63,947 nucleotides of DNA, filler included, from 5 parts of 5 records of this genome joined end to end with filler, not necessarily neighbours in it, one strand, 5' to 3'. Positions 51,079 to 60,475 are shown, numbered from the whole stretch's first letter. Program-made: numbers and translations. The notes: generated by a model from the letters alone, not told the origin.

Positions 51079-51250
51079 CTTAATTTCCTATGTAAAATTT
51101 ATGTATTGTACCAAAAATATACATAAGAACAAATATTGTACAAAATAAATCAAAAATTAAAAAAGTTGTAATTTTTTAGAAGAAACTATACAACACATAA
51201 ATTATAAACAAGAGTATAATCTAAACCTAGATAATTTTAGAAGGATTTAT

Positions 51251-51979
51251 ATGAGCGCAGGAAAAAGATTTAGAGAAGCACTAAAAGAAGAATCTCCACT
51301 ACAAATCGTGGGAACAATCAATGCTTATCAAGCACTTCAAGCTACAAAAGTAGGACATAAAGCAATTTACCTTTCAGGTGGAGGTATTGCAAATGCTTCA
51401 TACGGTTTACCTGATTTAGGTATGACTATGATTGAAGATGTATGTATTGATATTAGAAGAGTTACTTCTATTTGTGATACTCCATTAATCGTTGATGCAG
51501 ATACAGGTTGGGGACATGCATTCAATGTGGCTAGAACTGTAAAAGAATTCATTAGATCTGGAGCGGCAGGACTACATATTGAAGATCAAGTTGCTGCAAA
51601 AAGATGTGGACACAGACCAAATAAAGAGTTAGTTTCTACTGAAGAGATGTGTGACAGAATCAGAGCTGCAGTTGATGCAAAAATGCAACTAGACCCTGAT
51701 TTTTATATCATTGCAAGAACAGACGCACATGCTAGTGAAGGACAAGAAGCTGCAGTTGCAAGAGCAAAAGCATATGTAGAAGCTGGAGCAGATGCAATTT
51801 TTGCGGAAGCTATTCATACTTTAAAAGAGTATAAAGAGTTTACTGAACAAATGACAGTACCTGTATTAGCAAATATTACTGAGTTTGGAGCAACTCCAAT
51901 GTTTACAACTGAAGAATTAGCATCAGTTGGAATTGAAATGGTACTTTATCCATTATCAGCATTTAGAGCAATGAACAAA
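51251..51979 (+). CDS. prpB: 2-methylisocitrate lyase, 3' truncated
   Basis: [41 protein letters not shown]. Confidence 0.95.
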
Positions 51980-52079
51980 NNNNNNNNNNNNNNNNNNNNN
52001 NNNNNNNNNNNNNNNNNNNNNNNTTAATTAATTAANNNNNNNNNNNNNNNNNNNNNNNNNNNNNNNNNNNNNNNNNNNN
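51980..52079. other. Artificial contig linker
   Basis: N / TTAATTAATTAA / N. Confidence 0.98.
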
Positions 52080-52553
52080 TATATTTGAAGTAACATAGTC
52101 TGTTCCACCAGTAAGCGTTATTGCTATTAGTCCTCTTGTTGTATCAATTGTTGTCCCTCCAGGATCATTTGAATATGTTTTGAATCTAACTGAAATACTG
52201 TTATCTACAGCTATCCCAGAGGATGTTGAAATCAAGTTAAAATCAGCAAATAAAGAAATATCCTGAGTCATAGTAATAGTTAGTGGATTAGTAGTACTCT
52301 CTTGATATAGATCACCTGCCCAATTAGCAAATTCGTAACCGTCTTCCGCCGTAGCAGTTAATGTAACAGTTTCATTTACATCATAAATTTCCTTACTGGT
52401 AGACGTAGTAACAGCTCCCTTATCTGTATGTACGCTACCAACTTTTAAAGTATAGCTTGTAGTATTCGTTGACGAAGTAGTTTCAGTTGTAGTGTCTTCA
52501 TCGCAACCAAATAATAACAAGCCAGTAAAACATAGTAATAAAATTTTTTTCAT
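52080..52553 (-). CDS. Surface lipoprotein with InlB B-repeat/Flg_new-like domain, 3' truncated
   Basis: Lipobox LFGC; VTLTATAEDGYEFANWAGD...NPLTITM...LFADF. Confidence 0.8.
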
Positions 52554-52896
52554 TCTTCCCTCTCCCTTTTAGTATTTTTTATATAAATTTTTTTGTTAAA
52601 AAAGATTCTCTAAAACGCATATAAGTTGCTTAAAGTCGTGTTTGAAGATATTTATTAATCGATTTGATATTAATTTAACATAATATTATAATATAAAAGA
52701 GAATTATTAAATTCTCTTAGTTAAAATTTTAAATAAATTATCTCCAGACGATTTAATTAAACAGGTATTTTATATAGTATAATTATACCAAAATCAGCTT
52801 AAAAGTGTAAGGAAATTTTTCGAAAAAATAAGCAAATATAGGCTTAGTGACAACTAATACAACTACAAAGCTTTAGTCATTAACATAATTTGCCAC

Positions 52897-52925
52897 TTGC
52901 TTTCATTTCCAACATATGTTAAAAT
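52897..52925 (+). promoter_or_regulatory. Sigma-70 promoter for the long leader of the XRE gene
   Basis: TTGCTT-17 bp-TAAAAT with extended TG; predicted +1 near 52932 coincides with the first helix of the structured RNA. Confidence 0.7.
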
Positions 52926-53097
52926 TTAACCAAGGGGAATTGTCACTTATGTTTTCATGAGTAAAGTCCTGATAAAATTGAATATAACTAATTGTATGAA
53001 GAAATAATAAATTTTCAGTTTCATGCTTCGAAAATTAACCATTGATTCATTGGTGAATTTTCTTGATTCAGCTAAAATTTATTTATTTCATTAAGTT

Positions 53098-53172
53098 AAA
53101 AAAAAACGGCCGAGGGATTGCAGTCCCCCGACCAAGTAGCCACACGGTACCGAGAATACCATGCGACGACTT
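53098..53172 (-). ncRNA. Counter-transcribed antisense small RNA (~75 nt, two hairpins + U-tail)
   Basis: Own promoter; hairpins GTCGCATGGTA/TACCGTGTGGC and GGTCGGGGGA-CTGCAA-TCCCTCGGCC followed by T9; G-U pairs are valid only on the minus strand. Confidence 0.75.
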
Positions 53173-53178
53173 AACACA

Positions 53179-53207
53179 ATTATAACACAACGAGGTTGTT
53201 TTGAAAA
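53179..53207 (-). promoter_or_regulatory. Promoter of the antisense RNA
   Basis: TTTTCA-17 bp-TATAAT with extended TG (TGTTATAAT) on the minus strand. Confidence 0.75.
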
Positions 53208-53417
53208 GTACAAAGCATTAGCTTTTCCTTAACTTTTGCAGAAGTTACGGGCTTTTTAGACATATTTTCAGTTGTGCATTTTCTGCTGTCATAGTTTCTT
53301 TTTGAAAGACTCAATGATGGTCATTTTAGTAATGCAAAATTTTGGGGATATTACCCTGTCTTTTTGTAATACCGGAATTTTGAGAGAATATTTTGTGTAT
53401 AAACAGTTGATGATATT

Positions 53418-53449
53418 GGTCAAGTACATTGTGTGCTTGGCCTTTTTTT
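53418..53449 (+). terminator. Conditional intrinsic terminator (attenuator) inside the leader
   Basis: GGTCAAGTACA-TTG-TGTGCTTGGCC 11-bp stem + T7, about 250 nt upstream of the XRE start codon. Confidence 0.8.
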
Positions 53450-53702
53450 AATATAATTTATTTTGATTTCATTAAGAGTTAAAAAGAAAATCAAAATAAA
53501 TTTGTAAGCAGGTTTCAAACGGAAGCCGTTTTGCTTTTTAAATGGCGAAAGTGCGAAACCGTGTGAAGAAGCAACCCTACTTAGAAGCTAATATTTATAC
53601 TTGCATATTTTCATCAACTTAATTGGTTAATTTATCAAGACGACAATTCCTCTGTTTTTACTATAACTAAGGAGTCTAAAAAAACATAGCGGGAGGATTA
53701 AT

Positions 53703-54020
53703 ATGTGTAATTTTACTGTAAGTGTAGAAAGAAGAAAAGTTTTGGGGAAACAATTGTTAAAAAAGAGAATGAAAGAGCAAATACCACTAAATATGCTGGC
53801 TAAGAAAGCGGGACTTGAGCCGAAATTTATCGAGGAGTTAGAGGCAGGAGGTATAGTGGAGATTAATCCTCTTATCCTAATGGAACTAGGTGAATTACTA
53901 GAGATAAATTATATCTATTTATATCAGATATTAGGTTATGTACATAATCGAGCATTGCTTAAGCATCTCATATGTGAGGACAATGTATATCCTCTCTCTG
54001 AAGATAGAGCTTGGGTATAA
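53703..54020 (+). CDS. XRE-family helix-turn-helix protein
   Basis: GGGAGG RBS; LGKQLLKKR...LNMLAKKAGLEPKFIEELEAG...INPLILMELGELLEINYIYLYQILGY. Confidence 0.85.
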   Translation: MCNFTVSVERRKVLGKQLLKKRMKEQIPLNMLAKKAGLEPKFIEELEAGGIVEINPLILMELGELLEINYIYLYQILGYVHNRALLKHLICEDNVYPLSEDRAWV

Positions 54021-54037
54021 TCAGGAATAGAAATTTT

Positions 54038-54079
54038 ATAGAAAATATTAAATTTTTTTTAATATTTTCTATTTTTTTT
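54038..54079 (+). terminator. Terminator after the XRE gene
   Basis: ATAGAAAATATTAAA / TTTAATATTTTCTAT perfect stem + T-run. Confidence 0.7.
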
Positions 54080-54263
54080 GAAATTAATAACTATTTCACA
54101 CTAAAAATCAATTGTAAAATAATAGTATTTAAATAGCAAAATGTCGTTAAAATAATTTTACTTTTTCACAATTCACCTTTCATATATTTGTATAATCTTT
54201 GCGATACAATACTTTTAAAAAACATTTTGATCTGTTTTAACACACGAGGCAGTTTTAGAGCTA

Positions 54264-54292
54264 TTGACAACTTTTACATTCAGTGGTATCAT
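54264..54292 (+). promoter_or_regulatory. Sigma-70 promoter upstream of the EIIB / substrate-binding genes
   Basis: TTGACA-17 bp-TATCAT with extended TG. Confidence 0.75.
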
Positions 54293-54569
54293 CTTATTAG
54301 TATAGAAGACTAGTCAATTAGTTCGACGTTTAAGTTGAGGCGAAAAAGAGTAAAATAAACATAAAATTATTTTATTACTACCAGCACAAAAATTTTTTCT
54401 GAAAATAGGAAACGATTCCAAAAACTTAAATAAAAACTAAAATTGGTGCTTATGCAGATTTCATAATTATGAATCTCCCATTAGAAATAATAATCTGTAT
54501 AAGTTGATATTATTATTTATTAAATTTTAAAAATTTTTAAATAAAGTTATTAGGGAGGATGATATTGAT

Positions 54570-54908
54570 ATGAAATATTTAAAAAAAATTACGGAATTTT
54601 TTTACAGAAAAAATGCAGTAGGCAAAAATGATCTGCCTGAAGAGAAAGTTAATGAACTTATAGAAGGATTAGGAGGAAAAGAAAACATATGCTTAGTTAG
54701 GAATTGTTTTATGATACTTCAATTTGCATTAAAAGATACAAATAAAATTAATGTTGTTAAACTTTGCTTAAGTGGAGCATCAGAAGCAAGAGTTCTATCA
54801 GATACACAAGTAGATATTATTTTTAATTCGGAAGTAAGTTTAATAGAAAGAAAGTTGAGAGAAGTTATTAGTAGTGGGGCAGAAAGATATTATTTAATTG
54901 GAAATTAA
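54570..54908 (+). CDS. Stand-alone PTS EIIB (glucose-class) domain protein, degenerate active-site loop
   Basis: LIEGLGGKENI..V.NCFMILQF...GAS...QVDIIF; GGGAGG RBS. Confidence 0.75.
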   Translation: MKYLKKITEFFYRKNAVGKNDLPEEKVNELIEGLGGKENICLVRNCFMILQFALKDTNKINVVKLCLSGASEARVLSDTQVDIIFNSEVSLIERKLREVISSGAERYYLIGN

Positions 54909-54944
54909 GAAATCAGTTTTTACTATGATTTGGAGGAGGTTATT

Positions 54945-55832
54945 ATGAAAAAGTTGACTTTGATAATTAGTCTATTTCTAATTACTATATCTACAACTTT
55001 TTCAATTGCTCGTATAAATTATATGATATCAGCATCTGAGAAAGCAAAGAAAAACGAATATTATCTGGATGTTTTAAAATTGGCATTAGATAAATCAAGA
55101 GATAAATATGGTGATTATGAGTTAATAGGTCACGGTGGAGACAGAGTTCAGAGTAGAGTAATTGAAGCGGTAAAAAGAGGTACTAAGGTTGATATTATGT
55201 GGACAATGACTTCTGCTAGCAGAGAGAGGGAATTATTGCCTATTAGGATACCATTGTTTAAAGGTTTATTAGGTTATAGGATATTCATTATTAGGAAAAA
55301 TGATAATGATAGATTTGATGAAATTGAGAGTTTTGATGAATTGAGGAAATTATCTGCCGGTCAGGGTCATGATTGGCCTGACACTGAGATATTGAGGTTA
55401 GCCGGTATGAATGTTGATACAGCACCTGAGTATAAATATATATTTAAGATGTTAACCGGTAAAAGATTTGATTATTTTCCAAGAGGTGTTAACGAACCCT
55501 GGAAAGAGATAGAAAATTTCGAAAAAGGAGAATTAGCAGTTGAAAAAACAATTTTACTGCAATATCCGGCACCAATATATTTTTTCGTAAATAAAAATAA
55601 GTCAGGACTTGCATCAAGAGTTACTTACGGACTCACTAAAGCAATAGAGGACGGAAGTTTTAATAGATTACTATTTACACATGAGCAAAACGTCAACATA
55701 TTTGAACAAGTCAACTTTTCTGAGCGGAAAATTTTTAAGATTGAAAACCCGCTTCTTTCGCAAGCAAGTAAAGAAGTATTAAAAAATGAAAATTACTGGT
55801 ACAAACCGGGAGAAGAGAAGAAATATAAATAG
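54945..55832 (+). CDS. Extracytoplasmic solute-binding protein (family-3-like), no partner permease visible
   Basis: Signal peptide; PIRIPLFKGLLGYRIFII, GQGHDWPDTEIL, RFDYFPRGVNE, LQYPAPIYFFV; GGAGG RBS before ATG 54945. Confidence 0.8.
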   Translation: MKKLTLIISLFLITISTTFSIARINYMISASEKAKKNEYYLDVLKLALDKSRDKYGDYELIGHGGDRVQSRVIEAVKRGTKVDIMWTMTSASRERELLPIRIPLFKGLLGYRIFIIRKNDNDRFDEIESFDELRKLSAGQGHDWPDTEILRLAGMNVDTAPEYKYIFKMLTGKRFDYFPRGVNEPWKEIENFEKGELAVEKTILLQYPAPIYFFVNKNKSGLASRVTYGLTKAIEDGSFNRLLFTHEQNVNIFEQVNFSERKIFKIENPLLSQASKEVLKNENYWYKPGEEKKYK

Positions 55833-56149
55833 CGTAAATTTATGCAAAAATTAATATTTTCTGAAATACAGTATACTAGATACGGAATCTATAGATTGTT
55901 GATTTTAAAAGTAAAAGTTTAATAGAACTAAAGTATTATTCTCTATAGTAAAGCAAAATAACCCTAAATCTTATTCGAGAGTATGATTCTAAACTCAGAT
56001 ATTTTGAGCTATAATTTTGATGTAAAATAAAAACGTGAAAGTTACATTAAATTAAGAAGAGAGTTTTTATGAAAAAATCAAAATTATTAATTTTTATGCT
56101 TGCATTAACAATATTATTAACTAAGATTATCCCAAAAGAAATTATATAT

Positions 56150-57235
56150 TTATAGTAAAATTATAAATATAATCAAAAGAATCCCGCTACCAATAAATAT
56201 ATTAAATAATATATTAACTAAAATTTCTTTAATAGATGTATTAGTTTGTTTCATATTATTATAAAAAGATGAGTCTTGCGGATATTTAAAATGAAAATCT
56301 TTTGTCTTAATTAATTTGTAATCAAATAAGAAATTATTCTTTTGTTTTCCATCGATTACTTTTGGAATTTTTAGATTTTTAGTTATTTTTTCTATATTTT
56401 CAAATAATTTTTCTCCCATCTTTTCTCCGCAGTAGAGATTTCCGCCGAATGCTCCGGTATCGATATAAAAGCTCCAATTGACATATATAGGGTTCATTGT
56501 TACCTTGCTTAATTCAGGAAGAACGGCATCATAGGAAAAAACTTTGTTTGTATTATCTCTAAAAAAAACATAATACATTATTATTTCATTTTTCTTTAGA
56601 GAAGCAACTTTTTTTACTAATTCTGAAAATTCATAATCATCAAGCCATTCGATTTCCAAATCATAATCTGATTTTTCAAGAATAGAGTTAATATTCTTTT
56701 TAATATTTTGCCCGGTGATACTTATATCTGTAATCAAATATAGCTTTCTTGCATTAGGATTTTGATCTATTGCTAGAGCTAAATTAGCCCTATAATCAGG
56801 TTCCTCCAGCATTAAATAATGATTGTCATGTGTAAAATAATAACTCTCCTCGAGACTATTAATTCCTGCTGATATTATTGGTATGTCTTTAAAGAAGTCA
56901 TACTTTTTTTTGACGATATATTTATGTGCAAAATCATCAATTGGAACAATTAAATCAAGATCGTAGCTCTGATATTTTTTAGTAAATTGAATATCATACT
57001 TTTCGAGAGATAGTTCATCGTTATATTTTTTAGCATCCATATATTCAACAAAAAACTTATAATTACTATTTTCCGGCTTGATAGATTTGTTAATTCCTTT
57101 TTGAATTTGTTTTGTCCATAAATAATCCTCTGAATATGAGTGAAGAATTAAAATGTTTTTTTTAATTTTATATTCTTTGGATTGAATAAATACAAATATT
57201 AAAATATAAGTGAAAAGTAATACGGATTTTCTCAT
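56150..57235 (-). CDS. Membrane-anchored sensor (ABC substrate-binding-like) domain that stops right after TM2; probably a truncated kinase/cyclase
   Basis: ILILHSYS..YLW, EYMDAKK, PIISAGIN, GAFGG motifs of periplasmic sensor modules; no cytoplasmic output domain. Confidence 0.65.
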   Translation of the reverse strand: MRKSVLLFTYILIFVFIQSKEYKIKKNILILHSYSEDYLWTKQIQKGINKSIKPENSNYKFFVEYMDAKKYNDELSLEKYDIQFTKKYQSYDLDLIVPIDDFAHKYIVKKKYDFFKDIPIISAGINSLEESYYFTHDNHYLMLEEPDYRANLALAIDQNPNARKLYLITDISITGQNIKKNINSILEKSDYDLEIEWLDDYEFSELVKKVASLKKNEIIMYYVFFRDNTNKVFSYDAVLPELSKVTMNPIYVNWSFYIDTGAFGGNLYCGEKMGEKLFENIEKITKNLKIPKVIDGKQKNNFLFDYKLIKTKDFHFKYPQDSSFYNNMKQTNTSIKEILVNILFNIFIGSGILLIIFIILL

Positions 57236-57292
57236 TTAATTCTCCTAATAATTATTTATTAAACTTGTGATAATGAATCGATTCCGAATTTG

Positions 57293-57323
57293 AAAAGAGA
57301 AGCGGATGAAATATATCCGCTTC
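57293..57323 (-). terminator. Intrinsic terminator after the 57357 remnant
   Basis: GAAGCGGAT-N7-ATCCGCTTC followed by TCTTTT on the minus strand. Confidence 0.6.
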
Positions 57324-57356
57324 ATTTATGAACATAGAATTTTTTAAATAAATTAC

Positions 57357-57651
57357 TTAATATGTAAAATTTGCATTTTCAATTATTTGATTTGGAATTT
57401 CTAAACCTAACTTACCTGCAACTGTTTGTTTTATAGAAATATAGTTATCGTCTAAAAATCTAACTGGCATATTTACGGGATTTTTATTTTCATAAACAAC
57501 TTCCTTTACCATATCCAGTAATATTTTTAGCTACAAGTAAGGCATCAGAAGTTACTGATATTATTAGATTATAGCCCTTTGAGTCTATTTCTCTCATAAC
57601 TTTTATTGCAGTTGAATCATTTTCTTTTCCCGAAAATTGCTCAACAAACAT
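57357..57651 (-). pseudogene. Internally deleted, frameshifted ABC_sub_bind-type substrate-binding protein remnant
   Basis: One frame gives ...SGKENDSTAIKVMREIDSKGYNLIISVTSDALLVAKN (N-terminal lobe); it shifts to ...KNPVNMPVRF...ISIKQTVAGKLGLEIPNQIIENANFTY* (family C-terminus). Confidence 0.6.
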
Positions 57652-58114
57652 GTTTTTATGTTAATCACGATAAATTAACTAAAGTTATAATAAATATATA
57701 GTCAACTATACAATTTCTACAAGAAAAATATATCATTTATCTCCATGGAAGTCAATTTAAATTTTTACTTCTTCAAAAAAACTGTTCTTTTTTTCATTTT
57801 ATTTGTTTTGTTTTAGGAGGCGAATATGATGAAATGTCATTGTGAAGAGATGATAATATTCTTCTTAACTTACTTATTGGCATTTCTATGAAAAAATAGC
57901 AGTTACTTATTTTTAATCACGGTCATAACAATTTCTATTTAATAATTTTTGGGACGATCATCCACCAAAAGAACAAAAGGTGTTTTTATAGAACGTATTT
58001 TTAAAATAAATAAGCTAGACAACTAGACAAAATAAATGAGAATGTGATATAATTGAGCTATATTAAGCAATGAAATTTATAGAGAACACAAAAAAATTGT
58101 GGGAGGAATTGGAA

Positions 58115-60298
58115 ATGTTTAAATCACTATCTGGAAAAATTATAAGTGTGATGTTGCTGATAACATTAGTAATTAACAGTGTTATTATTTTTAGTGTTAT
58201 CAAGATTAATCGTAGAGAAATTTTAGCTAAGCAAATGGAAATGAATAAAAATGAAGTTAATAAAACTTTGGCTTCTATTCAAAGTATGCAAGATAATTTA
58301 ATTCAAATGAAAGAAGAGAAACAAACAGTAGTTAAGAAAAGGTTAAAAGAACACGTCGAAAATGGAATAAGTGTTTTACAATTTTATTATGATAAATATC
58401 AGAATGGTGAAATGAGTGAGGCTGACGCAAGAGAGGAAGCTAAAAAAGCTGTTAGAGGTCTTAGATATGGTAATGGAGGCTATTTCTGGATGGATAACAA
58501 AGATTATATATTGGAAGTGCTTCCGCCAGCTCCGCAAAAAGAAGGTATGTACAGAGCAGATATTAAAGATGTAAACGGTACAAGACTTGTAAAAGAGTTA
58601 GTTGATGGAGCTATGAAAAATGGTGCTACGTATGTAACGTATTGGTTCCCTAAAATGGGCGAAACAGAACCTTCTCCTAAATTAGGAAGAGCTCAATATT
58701 TTGAAGCATGGGGATGGATTATTGGTACAGGCGAGTATATTGATAATATAGATAAGGAAATAGCTGTTCTGGAGAAAAATCAAAATGAAATATTGAATAA
58801 TACAATATATGCAGATGCAGATGATGCGGCGTATAATTTGATTTTAGATCAAGATGGTATGGTTGTTGCTCACCCGGATCAAAGTTTAATAGGAACTAAA
58901 TATAACTTAGTTGATGTTAAGACTGATGAAGATTTAGTAGCTAAATACTATGAACAAAACGATGGTATCGCGGAGTATTACTTTCCGAGAAAAGGAGAAG
59001 GAGCCCATAAGAAGATAGGTTATGCTAAGGTTGATAAAAGAACAAATTGGCTTGTTATGTTTATGGCCTATGAGGATGATTTATTAAAAACAGTAAAGAA
59101 AACGACGAGATTGATTTTAATTATTTCATTGATTAGTTTAATAGTTTCTGGGGTAATAATTAAAATTGTAGTTAATCTAATGCTTGGAAGGGTGTCAGAT
59201 ATTACTACAAGGATTAATCAACTTGCTGATGGTGATTTCTCTAAGAGATTAGATATAAAAGGTAAAGATGAGCTTGGAGTGATAGCTTCATCGCTTAATA
59301 ATAAAACGGAAAAAGTAAATAATATTATTTCTAAAGTTGTCTCTGTAACTGATGAAGTTGTTGATAATAACAGCTTACTAGCTATGACAATGGAAAATAT
59401 TGTAAAAGGAAAAGATTCTGGAATAAATATAAATAGTTCGAGTTATTTAGATGATGGAATTTATCAATTGAAAGATTTCATGAGAGATGTAATGGATAGT
59501 GTCAGAAATCAAACTGCTAGTTCTGAAGAGTTTTTAGCAGGTCTTGAAGAGATATCTGCTACAGCGAGAACAATTGGTAAAACGACAAATGAAGCTCTTG
59601 GAGATTCAAAGGAGTCAGTTGAAAATGCAGGTGTTGGAATTAATAATATTGGAAGAATGGAGCAAAGTATATCGACTATTAACACAAGTGTTGATAATGC
59701 AAATACTAAAATTGATAATTTGGGAGCCTTGTCACAAAATATTGGTGATATATTAGAAGCCATAAATGGACTATCAGACCAGACTAATCTATTAGCACTA
59801 AATGCTGCGATAGAGGCAGCAAGAGCAGGCGAAGCAGGAAGAGGTTTTGCTGTAGTTGCAGAGGAGATCAGAAAATTAGCAGAGAGAACAAATGACGAAA
59901 CTGGGAAGATAGAAAAAGTGATAGTGGAGATACAGAATGAAGTTGGTAGAGTAAAATATGCCAATGAGGAAGTTACGAAAAATGTTGATGAAGGCCTAAA
60001 AGTTACAGAAGAGCTAAAAACTTCGATGGATTTAGTAGTTGAGTCAATAAGAAGAAGTGATGAGAATATCAAAGAAATATCGGAATCGATAAGAGAGCAA
60101 ATAATAGCCTCTGATGAGATTACTGTAGCTGTATCGGCAATTGCTGATAGCTCAACAACGATTGAGGAGAAAACAACTTCAACTTATGACACTATAGAGA
60201 AAATATCTCAGATATTAGATGAGAAGTTAAGAGATGTAAGTGAAATATCAAATCAAGTAGAGCGCTTAAAAAAAGATGTCGGATTTTTTAAGCTATAG
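58115..60298 (+). CDS. Methyl-accepting chemotaxis protein with Cache domains and HAMP
   Basis: [10 protein letters not shown]...[14 protein letters not shown] Cache; [52 protein letters not shown] before 58115. Confidence 0.95.
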   Translation: MFKSLSGKIISVMLLITLVINSVIIFSVIKINRREILAKQMEMNKNEVNKTLASIQSMQDNLIQMKEEKQTVVKKRLKEHVENGISVLQFYYDKYQNGEMSEADAREEAKKAVRGLRYGNGGYFWMDNKDYILEVLPPAPQKEGMYRADIKDVNGTRLVKELVDGAMKNGATYVTYWFPKMGETEPSPKLGRAQYFEAWGWIIGTGEYIDNIDKEIAVLEKNQNEILNNTIYADADDAAYNLILDQDGMVVAHPDQSLIGTKYNLVDVKTDEDLVAKYYEQNDGIAEYYFPRKGEGAHKKIGYAKVDKRTNWLVMFMAYEDDLLKTVKKTTRLILIISLISLIVSGVIIKIVVNLMLGRVSDITTRINQLADGDFSKRLDIKGKDELGVIASSLNNKTEKVNNIISKVVSVTDEVVDNNSLLAMTMENIVKGKDSGININSSSYLDDGIYQLKDFMRDVMDSVRNQTASSEEFLAGLEEISATARTIGKTTNEALGDSKESVENAGVGINNIGRMEQSISTINTSVDNANTKIDNLGALSQNIGDILEAINGLSDQTNLLALNAAIEAARAGEAGRGFAVVAEEIRKLAERTNDETGKIEKVIVEIQNEVGRVKYANEEVTKNVDEGLKVTEELKTSMDLVVESIRRSDENIKEISESIREQIIASDEITVAVSAIADSSTTIEEKTTSTYDTIEKISQILDEKLRDVSEISNQVERLKKDVGFFKL

Positions 60299-60331
60299 AA
60301 AATAATTCATAAAAAACTCTATATATATAAT

Positions 60332-60382
60332 AGAACCTGTAAACGGGACTCTAAAAAAGTCCATTAGTTTACAGGTTCTTTT
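60332..60382. terminator. Terminator between convergent MCP and NAD(P)H dehydrogenase genes
   Basis: AGAACCTGTAAAC / GTTTACAGGTTCT 13-bp stem + Ts. Confidence 0.75.
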
Positions 60383-60475
60383 GATTTTATAAGCTATATA
60401 GTTATTTTTCGAAGTGATCATAATTTCTAACTTACAGACATGAAAACTAGAAAAAAATCTTGTATGTATAAAATG

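Larger units (their letters stand above)
52932..53655 (+). ncRNA. Large structured leader RNA of unknown family (~720 nt)
   Basis: Nested long-range helices 52933-52944/53642-53653, 52966-52976/53631-53641, 52985-52993/53621-53629, 53017-53022/53584-53589, 53024-53029/53568-53573, plus several internal hairpins with G-U pairs that work on the + strand. Confidence 0.65.

Noticed and set aside
53520-53580. AGCCG... / ...ACCCTAC resembling a group II intron D5/D6 end
   Set aside because: No 34-nt D5 with GNRA loop and AC bulge, no GTGCG at the 5' end of the structured RNA, no RT ORF
52932-53655. tmRNA, T-box or known riboswitch as the explanation of the long leader
   Set aside because: No T-loop/CCA end and twice tmRNA size; GGTACCG lacks the preceding GGT of a T-box; no c-di-GMP, TPP, SAM, FMN or B12 consensus recognised (a full Rfam scan is still needed)
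54252-54264. GTTTTAGAGCTAT, identical to the start of the S. pyogenes-type Cas9 CRISPR repeat
   Set aside because: Single 13-nt copy, no spaced repeats, no cas genes; it runs into a TTGACA -35 box
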